This document shows positions 19,238 to 27,578 of a stretch of 64,000 nucleotides of DNA, piece by piece (the first letter of the stretch is position 1; each line of letters begins with the position of its first letter). The notes beneath the pieces are model-generated. The model had not been told where the DNA came from and made no database searches. It saw only the letters and a program-made list of their open reading frames with translations. The stretch spans positions 3,657 through 67,656 of the forward strand of contig JBCCWI010000005.1 of assembly GCA_039193795.1 (NCBI GenBank), read 5' to 3'. Position numbers and translations under genes: made by a program. This DNA comes from Actinomycetota bacterium (GTDB lineage: Bacteria; Actinomycetota; Acidimicrobiia; Acidimicrobiales; Aldehydirespiratoraceae).

Positions 19238-20101
19238 CTACTCCTCGATCGCCGCGCACGGCTCGTCCCAGCGGCAGCCCTGCTCGGTGAGCCACGCCGC
19301 CCACGCCTGGGCGACTTCGGTCCGGCGTTCGCCCGCCACGCTGGCTTCCTCGACCGAATCCCAGGTCCGATAGACGATGTCCGCCTCGTCACCACCCGCA
19401 GCGACATGCCAGGCGACGAACGCATCGTCGACCGTCATCCAATCGTCGAGCCAGGTCTGGTTGATCGACGCAATGACCCCGGACTCGACCCGGAACGTCT
19501 CTGCCACCCGGATCGCACCGGCGCCGACGAGTTCCCGCACCGGCTGCAGGTTCTCGTACTCACACCTGATCACCACACTCCGATCGGTCTCGTCCGGCTG
19601 CACCGCACACGTCGGTTCGGTGTTGGCCGACCCCTGGGCGACGTCCCACGCGGCGAGCTGCAGCTGGGTCTTGCGGTCGACGTTCTCGAACTCGCTCTCA
19701 CCCGATGGGAACAGCTCTTCGAGGGTGTCGAGGTCGCCGACCCGAACCGCGGTGTTCCATCGCCCGACGAGCGCGAGGGCCTCGGTCTCCTCGACCGGGA
19801 CATCCGGCGTCACCTGCTCCGTGAGTGCCTGGTCCGCAGCTGAGTCGACCTCGGTCGCCGAGTCGCCCCCGAAGACGACCAACGCCACGATCAACGCGAT
19901 GACCGCCGCGGCCGCGCCGCCGAGCCAGAGCGCACGCCCAGGCGGCGGCCGCTCGTCGCCCGATGCGGCGAGCGGGTCGAGCACGAGTTGGGTCACCGCC
20001 GCAACACGATCGTCCGGTCGGGGACGGCACCCCCGTGCGACCGCATCCGCTTCGAGGTCGGCGAAGTAGCCGCGGAGTTGTGCTTCGATCGGTGTCGTCA
20101 T
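19238..20101 (-). CDS. Single-pass membrane protein, putative anti-sigma partner with possible NTF2/SnoaL-like extracytoplasmic domain
   Basis: ATG overlaps the sigma factor stop; short N-domain (IEAQLRGYF), TM segment WLGGAAAAVIALIVALVVFGG, then an acidic domain. Confidence 0.6.
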   Translation of the reverse strand: MTTPIEAQLRGYFADLEADAVARGCRPRPDDRVAAVTQLVLDPLAASGDERPPPGRALWLGGAAAAVIALIVALVVFGGDSATEVDSAADQALTEQVTPDVPVEETEALALVGRWNTAVRVGDLDTLEELFPSGESEFENVDRKTQLQLAAWDVAQGSANTEPTCAVQPDETDRSVVIRCEYENLQPVRELVGAGAIRVAETFRVESGVIASINQTWLDDWMTVDDAFVAWHVAAGGDEADIVYRTWDSVEEASVAGERRTEVAQAWAAWLTEQGCRWDEPCAAIEE

Positions 20102-20589
20102 CGGTCGACTCCCAGGTGTCCACGGAGCTTCTTCAGACCCCGTTCCGCATGGTTCTGCACCGTCGTCTTCTTGGTACCGAGCAGCTCGGCGACCTCCGAC
20201 ATCGTCCACTCGTAGCCATACACGAGGGTGACGACGATCCGCTGCTGCTCGGGCAGGCCCGAGAGCGCGGCCGGGAGGCCCGGTTCGACCCGCGGGAGGA
20301 GATGCGCCGGCGCATCCGGAAACCGAGGTGGACGCCGAGCCGAGAGCCGCCGCGCCTTGTTGCGAGCAACACCGAAGACGTACCCGATCGGGTTGGACTT
20401 GCCCGAGATGTCAGCCCAGTGCTCCCAGGCGAAGGCGACGGCATCGGCCACCGCCTCCTCGCCGACCTGTGGCCCGAACGACGCGGTCAGTGCATGCCGA
20501 AGCCTCGGCTCGGCGTCTGCGACCCAGGCCGAGAAGGCAGCCCTCGTTCGTTCGGGCATCCGCAGCCCTTCCCTCGTCGTCACACCCAT
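20098..20589 (-). CDS. ECF sigma-70 factor
   Basis: EEAVADAVAFAWEHW, YVFGVARN, LPEQQRIVVTL and EVAELLGTKKTTVQNHAERGLKKL. Start could be 20625, 20589 or 20559. Confidence 0.88.
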   Translation of the reverse strand: MGVTTREGLRMPERTRAAFSAWVADAEPRLRHALTASFGPQVGEEAVADAVAFAWEHWADISGKSNPIGYVFGVARNKARRLSARRPPRFPDAPAHLLPRVEPGLPAALSGLPEQQRIVVTLVYGYEWTMSEVAELLGTKKTTVQNHAERGLKKLRGHLGVDR

Positions 20590-20656
20590 GAGTGCATCGA
20601 CGCCGCTGTCCGTACCACCGGCCATCGGAGAAGATCAGCGGCGGCCGTCGCACCGA

Positions 20657-22000
20657 TCAGTCCCGCAAGGCTTGAAGTGGCCCGAGGTGGGCCTCGTAGT
20701 GCTGCCAGCGGGCGAGCGACGAGGTGTACACCGGCTGGCGGACCTGCCACTTGCTCGCTGTCTGCACCGAACCGCCGTCGACCTCTGCGTCGAGTACCGC
20801 GTCGTCCCAGTCGAGGCCGCAGAACTCGACCACCCGACGGGCGGTCGCTTCGGGGTCGGCGACCATCGCCTCGTAGTCGACGTCGAGCATCGGGTTCGGC
20901 AGCACGGTGGCCCAGTGGGCCATCAACGTCTCATAGCCCTGATGGAAGTGCACCAGATCGTCGAGGTCGAAGCTGTACTCCTGACCGTTCGTGAAGTTCT
21001 GGAAGAAGCACGACAGCGCGGTGTCGACCGGATCGCGACGACAGTGAATGAACCGAGCGCCGGGGAACAGCAGCGAGATCAGGCCGGCGAATCGGAAGTT
21101 GGTCGGCTGCTTGTCGATCACCCGCTGAGCGGACGGATCGAGCCCGCCGACGCGGTCGAGATACTGGCGGGCGAACACCTCGAGCACCTGCGCATCCGCA
21201 TCGACCACACACGCCGGATATCCCGCGGAACCCGCAACCTGGCCCGGGAGGGCGTGCACCATGCGGGTCACGTCGGAGCGCTCACCGGCACCGAACACCG
21301 CCGGGTGCCGGGCGAGCGTCTGTTCGAGCAGGGTCGTGCCGCTCCGAGGCATGCCGATCACGAACACCGGACGGGGGTCGTCGACACCGGATCCCTCATG
21401 AGCTGCGAAGAGATCACCGTCGAAGACCCGGACCGACTCCGCCACGAGGGCCTCGGCGCCAGCGCGGTCATAGGACACGTCCTTCGCTGCGTTGGCGGCG
21501 GCGAAGTGAGCGAAGGCCCGGTCGTAGGCACCGCGGTCATCGGCCAACTTCCCCGCCGCGAACCGCAACAACACCTCGTCCGCCGACGATCGGTCCAGCG
21601 CGGCCAACCGTTCCTCCACCGCCTCGAGGAGCCCGTCGTCGGCCTGACTCCGGACGTTCTGAGCGAGGCTGTAGTAGCCCTCGGCGTAGGAGGGGTCGAG
21701 CTCGATCGCCCGCCGGTAGTGGCGTTCGGCGTCGGCCATCTCCCCCATCTGGCTGAGCACACCGGCGAGGTTGCGCTGCATCGCCGGGTCGTCAGGCCGC
21801 GCCGCGACCGCCCGCTCGATGAGCTCGCGGCCCTCGGCCGGATGGCCCTGCTGCGCACGGATCAACCCCAGGAGATGCGACGCGTCCACATGGTCGGGCT
21901 GCACCCGCAACACGTCGGCGTAGACCTGCTCGGCCTCGGCGAGACGCCCCTGCTGATGCCAGCCCGCCGCGACCTGGAGCGCTTCGGCGACGGTCACCAT
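20657..22000 (-). CDS. TPR-repeat sulfotransferase family protein
   Basis: N-terminal TPRs; VFVIGMPRSGTTLLEQ (5'-PSB loop), IDKQP, RDPVDTALS and QTASKWQVRQPVY. Confidence 0.9.
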   Translation of the reverse strand: MVTVAEALQVAAGWHQQGRLAEAEQVYADVLRVQPDHVDASHLLGLIRAQQGHPAEGRELIERAVAARPDDPAMQRNLAGVLSQMGEMADAERHYRRAIELDPSYAEGYYSLAQNVRSQADDGLLEAVEERLAALDRSSADEVLLRFAAGKLADDRGAYDRAFAHFAAANAAKDVSYDRAGAEALVAESVRVFDGDLFAAHEGSGVDDPRPVFVIGMPRSGTTLLEQTLARHPAVFGAGERSDVTRMVHALPGQVAGSAGYPACVVDADAQVLEVFARQYLDRVGGLDPSAQRVIDKQPTNFRFAGLISLLFPGARFIHCRRDPVDTALSCFFQNFTNGQEYSFDLDDLVHFHQGYETLMAHWATVLPNPMLDVDYEAMVADPEATARRVVEFCGLDWDDAVLDAEVDGGSVQTASKWQVRQPVYTSSLARWQHYEAHLGPLQALRD

Positions 22001-22045
22001 GGGATCGAAGGCTAGTGGTCGTCCAGCCGCGGGCCGGGACGGGCC

Positions 22046-23167
22046 TCAGACCAGGCCGGCGACCCGGTAGGCACCTTCGAGGTCTTCGTGGTTGGTGTAG
22101 CAGCCCTTGAACTGCCGCTCGCCGGAGAAGCCGGTGCGGCCGTGGAAGCACCGCCAGTTGTCGAACACCAGCAGCCGGCCCGGCTGCCACTCGTGGAAGA
22201 GCGCCCGCGCCGGGTCGTTGAAGACCGCCCGGAACCCGTTGTACGCCTCGATCACGTCGTCGACCAGCCCGTCCTCGGGGAGCACCGGCGACCGGTCGTA
22301 GTTGTTGAACGAGATCTGCACCAGCGTGCCGTGCTCGTCGACCCGCAGCGGTGGCCGTTCGGCGATGAGGTGCACCCCGGGCTCGAGGTAGTGGGCGGTG
22401 ACGGCGTACTTCGTGAGCAGGTCGGCCGCCTCGGGGTTGGCGGACTGGAAGTCGCGGGCGGCCGCGAACCCGTCGACCAGCACACTGTCGCCCCCTTCGC
22501 CCGTCTTGAGCTGTTGGGCGAAGATGATCGTGCCGGGCCCGTCGTGGCTGTAGGTGCCGTCGGTGTGGACGTCGAGCGCGAACGACTCGTAGGCGGAGTC
22601 CATGTGTTCGAACGACCCGGAGTTCATGTTCCAGACGGTGCCGAAGATGCTCGCGCGCGGGTAGCCGATGCGAGCGGCCAACCGCTCGGTCGCGTCGGTC
22701 CCGAGATCGGCGCCGTCGAAGGCAGCCCAGCCATGTCGGCGGAGATGATCGAGCGCTTCGGACCAACCGGCGTCGTCGTCGAGGACGGAGAAGTCGAACC
22801 AGTGCGCGGACGGTGCGGAATCCCACAGGTCGACGCCCTCGGGGAGGGTGAATCCCGTGCCCACGCGCGGCGCGGGCGAGCGTCGATGGGTCGCCGTGTG
22901 CAGGAGGCGATCGAGGTCGTGACCGGTGCGGGCGCCGTCGTTCCACTCGACCTCGAGCCACGCACCGTCGGCGTGGACGGCGACCGGAGACACCATCGGG
23001 TCGATCGCGAACGTGTCGGTGAGCCGCTGCTTGGAGTCGGGATTGAGACTGTCGGCATCCTCGCCGTGATCACGGAGCCAGCGGCCCGGGATCACCTGCT
23101 CGTCGTCGAGCGCGGTGCCGCCGAGGACCACGGCGCGGTCGCGGATGGTGACGGTGATGTCGGTCAT
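22046..23167 (-). CDS. Fe(II)/2-oxoglutarate dioxygenase, gamma-butyrobetaine/trimethyllysine hydroxylase-like
   Basis: WLRDH...QRL N-domain, HTDGTY, LVDGF, FNNYDR and FDNWRCFHGR. Confidence 0.85.
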   Translation of the reverse strand: MTDITVTIRDRAVVLGGTALDDEQVIPGRWLRDHGEDADSLNPDSKQRLTDTFAIDPMVSPVAVHADGAWLEVEWNDGARTGHDLDRLLHTATHRRSPAPRVGTGFTLPEGVDLWDSAPSAHWFDFSVLDDDAGWSEALDHLRRHGWAAFDGADLGTDATERLAARIGYPRASIFGTVWNMNSGSFEHMDSAYESFALDVHTDGTYSHDGPGTIIFAQQLKTGEGGDSVLVDGFAAARDFQSANPEAADLLTKYAVTAHYLEPGVHLIAERPPLRVDEHGTLVQISFNNYDRSPVLPEDGLVDDVIEAYNGFRAVFNDPARALFHEWQPGRLLVFDNWRCFHGRTGFSGERQFKGCYTNHEDLEGAYRVAGLV

Positions 23168-23222
23168 GCTCCAGTCTGCCTCAGCGACCCGGACCTCCCG
23201 CGCCGCACCGTCGAGACGCCGG

Positions 23223-24791
23223 TCACGCCGACGCGGGCCCGGGATCGCGCAGGATCCGCACCTTGCCGTACATCGTCCCGTAGAGGATCCGCCCGTCGTC
23301 GTCGACGGTCACACCGGCTCCCAACGAGTTGAATTTCGAGCCGCCGAGGACGTAGTGGAACGCCGCTTCGCCGGTCGACCAGTCGACGGCCTCGATGGTC
23401 CACCGCCCGTCGCGGGCGCCGCACGTGTACACGAGGTCCGAGGCCTGCGCGACGAACGGCACCGAGTTGGGCGAGGACACCTCGGTGTTCACCCACGCCT
23501 CCTCGAGCCGCCGTTCATCCGGGTTCCACTCGTACTTGTGCAGCCCGTGGGGCGTGTACTCGGGCTTGTGCCCCAGCATGAAGCACAGCAACCGGCGACC
23601 ACGCAGCGGGATCCCGTCGGGGATCGACGCGGGCTCGTTGTTGACCGTCATCGCGCCATAGCCCGACACGGTGATCGACTGTTCGGTCTGGATCGCCGGG
23701 AGGTCGGGGTCGCCCATGTTGGCGGGACCGAGGCCGGCGATGCGGCGATCGGGGGCGTCCGGGAGCCGCTTCCAGTCATCGGGGATGTCGTCGCGCCACG
23801 CGTAGGTGATGTTGACGACCTCGTCGCCGTCACCGAACACGACGAAGCGATCCTCGTCGGGACCGAACCCCATGAGCGACGGTGTCGTGCCGCTGCCGTT
23901 GGCGGCACCGTTGCGGTACGGCATGGTCCACGCGCCGTCGGCCTCGTCGAGGCTGAGCCGGTCACCGGTCCAGATCACCTTGTGGTGGGTGTCGCACGAC
24001 GAGACATAGATGCCGCCGTCGTCATCGACACACGTGCTGGTGCGTACCCAGCCGAAGCCGGTGTGGCCGTACTCCTCGGCCTTGCGGGCGCAATAGTCCG
24101 GCGCCTGCTCCGCACCGCCGGTGATCTGGATGGCGTGGTGCTCGCTGAAGTCGCGTTTGAGCACGACCACCCATCCGTGATCGGTCGTCATCACGAGCCA
24201 GCCGTCGAAGGTCAGGTTGATCCCGACGAAGAAGCCCTCGATGTCGTCGGGCTTGTTCCAGCGATTGCGCTCGACGATCGGGGAGGCCGGATCGGTCGCG
24301 TCGGTCTCGACATACGCGACCGCGTGGTCCTTGCGGCCGAGGAAGAAGGTGTTGTCGCAATCGACGAGGGCGTAGACCCCGTCGAGGCCGGTCATGTACC
24401 GCAGGGACAGATCGATGGCGTGCTCGATCGCGTCCCAGCCGTCTCGGTCGTCGAGGCCGGCCAGGTTCGCTTCGAGCACGTCCTGCGGCGTCTTGCCCGA
24501 TCCACCCTCGATCTCGTGCTCGGCCAGCATCTCGAGCGTGTCGTAGTCGAGCTTGGCGATGGTCTCGCGCCCGTTGCTCCACACGACCCGGCGGCCATCG
24601 GGATAGCGACCCGAGATCATGCCGCCGAAGTGGCACGGCCCCATCCACGTGTACTGCAGATCGGTGTCGCCGAGGGTTCCGCCCGGCCCCTCGGGCCCCG
24701 CCCACGGCACATTGTCCTGCTGGTCGCTGCGGCCGTGGGCCATCGCGTTGCCGGAGGCGGCGAGGAAGGGGTTGCTCGGAGGTTGCTGCAT
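23223..24791 (-). CDS. Conserved-looking hypothetical protein (523 aa), probable beta-propeller
   Basis: Codon pattern typical of a real gene; beta-rich with GSGTTPSLMG and SSPNSVP motifs. Start placed at ATG 24791. Confidence 0.65.
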   Translation of the reverse strand: MQQPPSNPFLAASGNAMAHGRSDQQDNVPWAGPEGPGGTLGDTDLQYTWMGPCHFGGMISGRYPDGRRVVWSNGRETIAKLDYDTLEMLAEHEIEGGSGKTPQDVLEANLAGLDDRDGWDAIEHAIDLSLRYMTGLDGVYALVDCDNTFFLGRKDHAVAYVETDATDPASPIVERNRWNKPDDIEGFFVGINLTFDGWLVMTTDHGWVVVLKRDFSEHHAIQITGGAEQAPDYCARKAEEYGHTGFGWVRTSTCVDDDGGIYVSSCDTHHKVIWTGDRLSLDEADGAWTMPYRNGAANGSGTTPSLMGFGPDEDRFVVFGDGDEVVNITYAWRDDIPDDWKRLPDAPDRRIAGLGPANMGDPDLPAIQTEQSITVSGYGAMTVNNEPASIPDGIPLRGRRLLCFMLGHKPEYTPHGLHKYEWNPDERRLEEAWVNTEVSSPNSVPFVAQASDLVYTCGARDGRWTIEAVDWSTGEAAFHYVLGGSKFNSLGAGVTVDDDGRILYGTMYGKVRILRDPGPASA

Positions 24792-24810
24792 GATCGACTC
24801 GGGTACGCGG

Positions 24811-25578
24811 TCAGGCGGCGAAGGGCTCGGCCACGAAGCCGACCCGGTGCACGACTCGCCGGCCCGAGAAGTCGGCCATGGCGATGTGCTGGGTGCTGCG
24901 GTTGTCCCAGATGACGATGTCACCGTCGGACCACACGTGGCGGTAGGTGAAATCGAGTCGGGCGAGATGCTTGAGCAGCATCGCGAGGATCGCCTCCGAC
25001 TCGATCGGTGGGAGGTTGACGATGCCGCGCACGAAGGTCTCGTTGACATAGAGGCAGGGCCGCCCGCTGACCGGGTGGTGGCGGATCACCGGGTGTTCGG
25101 CTGCGACCCCCGGCCCGATCTCGTGCCGCGCACGTCGGTTGGCGAGCAGGGTGCGCATGCCGTTGGAGAGCGAGTCGTGGGCGGCCTCGGCATCCAGCCA
25201 GAGCGTGTCGCCGCCGACGTCGGGCCGCATCCGCATCACGAGTGCTGCGCCCGACGACGGGGCGTCGGTGAAGGTCTCGTCCGCATGCCAGCGGTCGGCC
25301 TTGTACCCCTCGGCGCTGTCGAACACACAGACGATGTCGGAGTCGGGATGGCGGGGGTTCTGAGGCTGTGGCGGCTCGGGCGACCCGAAGACCGCGCCGA
25401 GCGCCAGGTGCTGCTCGATCGTCGGCGACGCACCGGGGATCACCAGCACCTTGTGGTCGACCAGTGCGGCCCGAAGCGCCTCGTGGTTGCGCGTGTCGAG
25501 CAGCTCGTCGAGCGGCTGCTCGAGACGAGCGGCGAACCGGGCGGTGAGCGGCGTGATGGCCAGGGTGGCGGTGGTCAT
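24811..25578 (-). CDS. TauD/TfdA family dioxygenase
   Basis: WHADETF, GGDTLW, HPVIRHHP and GDIVIWDNRSTQH. Confidence 0.9.
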   Translation of the reverse strand: MTTATLAITPLTARFAARLEQPLDELLDTRNHEALRAALVDHKVLVIPGASPTIEQHLALGAVFGSPEPPQPQNPRHPDSDIVCVFDSAEGYKADRWHADETFTDAPSSGAALVMRMRPDVGGDTLWLDAEAAHDSLSNGMRTLLANRRARHEIGPGVAAEHPVIRHHPVSGRPCLYVNETFVRGIVNLPPIESEAILAMLLKHLARLDFTYRHVWSDGDIVIWDNRSTQHIAMADFSGRRVVHRVGFVAEPFAA

Positions 25579-26045
25579 GGGGGACTCCCGATCGGGGTGG
25601 CGACGAACCCCGCCGAGGACGGGAGCCCGGCGGTGTGTTCGAGTGATTCGACGAGCGAACGAAGCGCCGGTGCGAATGCGGCGAGATCATCGTCGATCCC
25701 GCCGACCGTCGCCTCGGCCAGCGCCCGCACGACGGTGTCTTGGCGGGTACGCCCGGCGTCGGTGAGCACGACCAGCCGGCCGCGGCCGTCGGCCGGGTCG
25801 GGCCGGCGTTCGATCAGCCGCTGGTGCTCGAGCCGGTTGAGGGTGGCGGTGAGTCCGCCCGAGGTCTGCACGACGAAGCGGGCGATGGCCCGTGGGCTCG
25901 CGATGCCGTCGTCGGCATGGGCGAGCAGTGAGAGCACGCGGAGTTCAGCCGGGGTGAGGTCGGCCTCGGCGCACACGTCCGTGGCGACCGCTTCGGTGAG
26001 GCGGCCGAGACGACCGAGGAGGAACGTGAAGGTCACCGGATCCAC
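25575..26045 (-). CDS. MarR family regulator
   Basis: LTPAELRVLSLL, TSGGLTATLNRLE and RRPDPADGRGRLVVLTDAG. GTG start at 26045, probably leaderless. Confidence 0.9.
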   Translation of the reverse strand: MDPVTFTFLLGRLGRLTEAVATDVCAEADLTPAELRVLSLLAHADDGIASPRAIARFVVQTSGGLTATLNRLEHQRLIERRPDPADGRGRLVVLTDAGRTRQDTVVRALAEATVGGIDDDLAAFAPALRSLVESLEHTAGLPSSAGFVATPIGSPP

Positions 26046-26051
26046 TCCCGG

Positions 26052-26080
26052 AGAATAGCTTGACACAAAGCTTTCTGCAA
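26052..26080 (-). promoter_or_regulatory. Promoter TTGCAG-N17-TATTCT with an overlapping palindrome (candidate MarR operator)
   Basis: -35 at 26075-26080, -10 at 26052-26057. The imperfect palindrome TTGACACAAAGCTTTCTGCAA spans 26060-26080. Confidence 0.6.
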
Positions 26081-26151
26081 AGACAGACGCGCGGTCCTAC
26101 GGTGATCGAGGAAGTGCATCCGAACCCCCGACCGAAGCCGTAGGTACGAAC

Positions 26152-26595
26152 ATGGCCCGCTACGCCACCACGATTCGCACGGACCTCTCCCCCTCCGAGG
26201 CCTTCGTGTACGTCGCCAAGCTCACCAACCTCCCCAAGTGGGACCCCGGTGTGAAGGCCGCGACCCAGGTGCGTGGCGACGGGCCCGGGCCCGACGCGGC
26301 CTACGAGGTGACGCTCTCGAACCCCCAAGCGATGACGCTCACCTACGAGACCACCGGCTTCGACGGTGACGCCCTCACCACGACCCTCGTCGCGAAGCAC
26401 TCGTGGTTCACGTCCGTCGACACCGTCACCGCCGTCCCCCACGGTGACGGTGCCGACGTGACGTACGACGCCGAACTGCGCCTGCGCGGTCCGCTGGCGC
26501 TGGGCGACGTCTTCATGCGTGCCACCTTCAACAAGATCGGCAACAAGGCGGCCAAGGGTCTCACCAAGGCGCTCGACGGCCAGAAGGTCGCCTGA
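26152..26595 (+). CDS. SRPBCC family protein
   Basis: EAFVYVAKLTNLPKWDPGV pattern. Confidence 0.85.
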   Translation: MARYATTIRTDLSPSEAFVYVAKLTNLPKWDPGVKAATQVRGDGPGPDAAYEVTLSNPQAMTLTYETTGFDGDALTTTLVAKHSWFTSVDTVTAVPHGDGADVTYDAELRLRGPLALGDVFMRATFNKIGNKAAKGLTKALDGQKVA

Positions 26596-26600
26596 CGGTC

Positions 26601-27578
26601 GTGGGCCTCATCGACTCGGCTCTCGAGCTGCCGATCGCGCCCAGCTTCACCCGGATCGGCCCGCTCGTCCGCGCCCGTACCGAAGGCTGGACCGACCTCG
26701 CCGACTACGACCTCGCCGGGCGTCGCATCGTGATCACCGGCGCAACCTCCGGGCTCGGTCTCGCCGCCGCTCAACGCCTGGCCGAACTCGGCGCCGGCTT
26801 GATCGTGGTCGGGCGCAACGTCGACAAGACCGACGGCGTCGTCGCCTCCCTCCCCGCCCCGAGCGGGGCCACGCACGCGGCCGCCTACGCCGACATGAGC
26901 GATCTCGCCGCCGTCCGAGCCCTCGGCGAACAGCTCGCCACCGACCACCCCGACATCGACACCCTGATCCACAACGCCGGCGCCCTGCTCGCCGATCGCA
27001 CCGTCACCCCCGAGGGCATCGAAGTCACGGTCGCGTCGCAGGTCCTCGGCCCGTTCCTGCTCACGTCGCTGCTGCTCCCGACCCTCTCCGCCAACCAGCC
27101 GGCGCGGGTGCTGACCATGTCGTCGGGTGGGATGTACTCCGCCCCGCTCACCGTCAGCCGGCTCGAGATGGGCCAGCCCGACTCCGACGACCCTTACAAG
27201 GGGGCCGAACAGTACGCCCGCGCCAAGCGAGCCCAGGTCACGCTCGCCGAGATGTGGGCCGACGCCTTCGCCGACTCGGGCGTCCGGTTCCACTCGCTGC
27301 ACCCGGGCTGGGCCGACACCCCCGGTGTCGAGGACGCACTGCCGACCTTCCGCAAGATCGTCGGACCGTTGCTTCGCACGCCGGCCGAAGGGGCCGACAC
27401 CCTGGTGTGGCTCGCCGCCGACGACGCCGCGATCGAGCAGAACGGACGCTTCTGGCACGACCGCGCACCCCGTTCGATCCACCGCCTCCCGCAGACGCGC
27501 CGCAACGATACGCCGGAGCGGCGCCGCAAGCTCTGGGCGTGGGTCGTCGAACAGGCCGGCGTCGAACCTCAGCTCTGA
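26601..27578 (+). CDS. SDR oxidoreductase (DHRS12-like)
   Basis: ITGATSGLG, HNAG, SSGGMY, YARAK and HPGWADTPGV. Confidence 0.9.
   Translation: MGLIDSALELPIAPSFTRIGPLVRARTEGWTDLADYDLAGRRIVITGATSGLGLAAAQRLAELGAGLIVVGRNVDKTDGVVASLPAPSGATHAAAYADMSDLAAVRALGEQLATDHPDIDTLIHNAGALLADRTVTPEGIEVTVASQVLGPFLLTSLLLPTLSANQPARVLTMSSGGMYSAPLTVSRLEMGQPDSDDPYKGAEQYARAKRAQVTLAEMWADAFADSGVRFHSLHPGWADTPGVEDALPTFRKIVGPLLRTPAEGADTLVWLAADDAAIEQNGRFWHDRAPRSIHRLPQTRRNDTPERRRKLWAWVVEQAGVEPQL

Noticed and set aside
18206-23167. ltaE plus the trimethyllysine-hydroxylase-like gene as a carnitine biosynthesis pathway, or ltaE as a B12 aminopropanol gene
   Set aside because: Opposite strands, separated by unrelated genes, and ltaE appears to have its own promoter; no supporting evidence.
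26060-26065. Plus-strand TTGACA as the -35 for the SRPBCC-SDR genes
   Set aside because: No -10 at 16-18 bp spacing; better explained as part of the palindrome over the minus-strand promoter.
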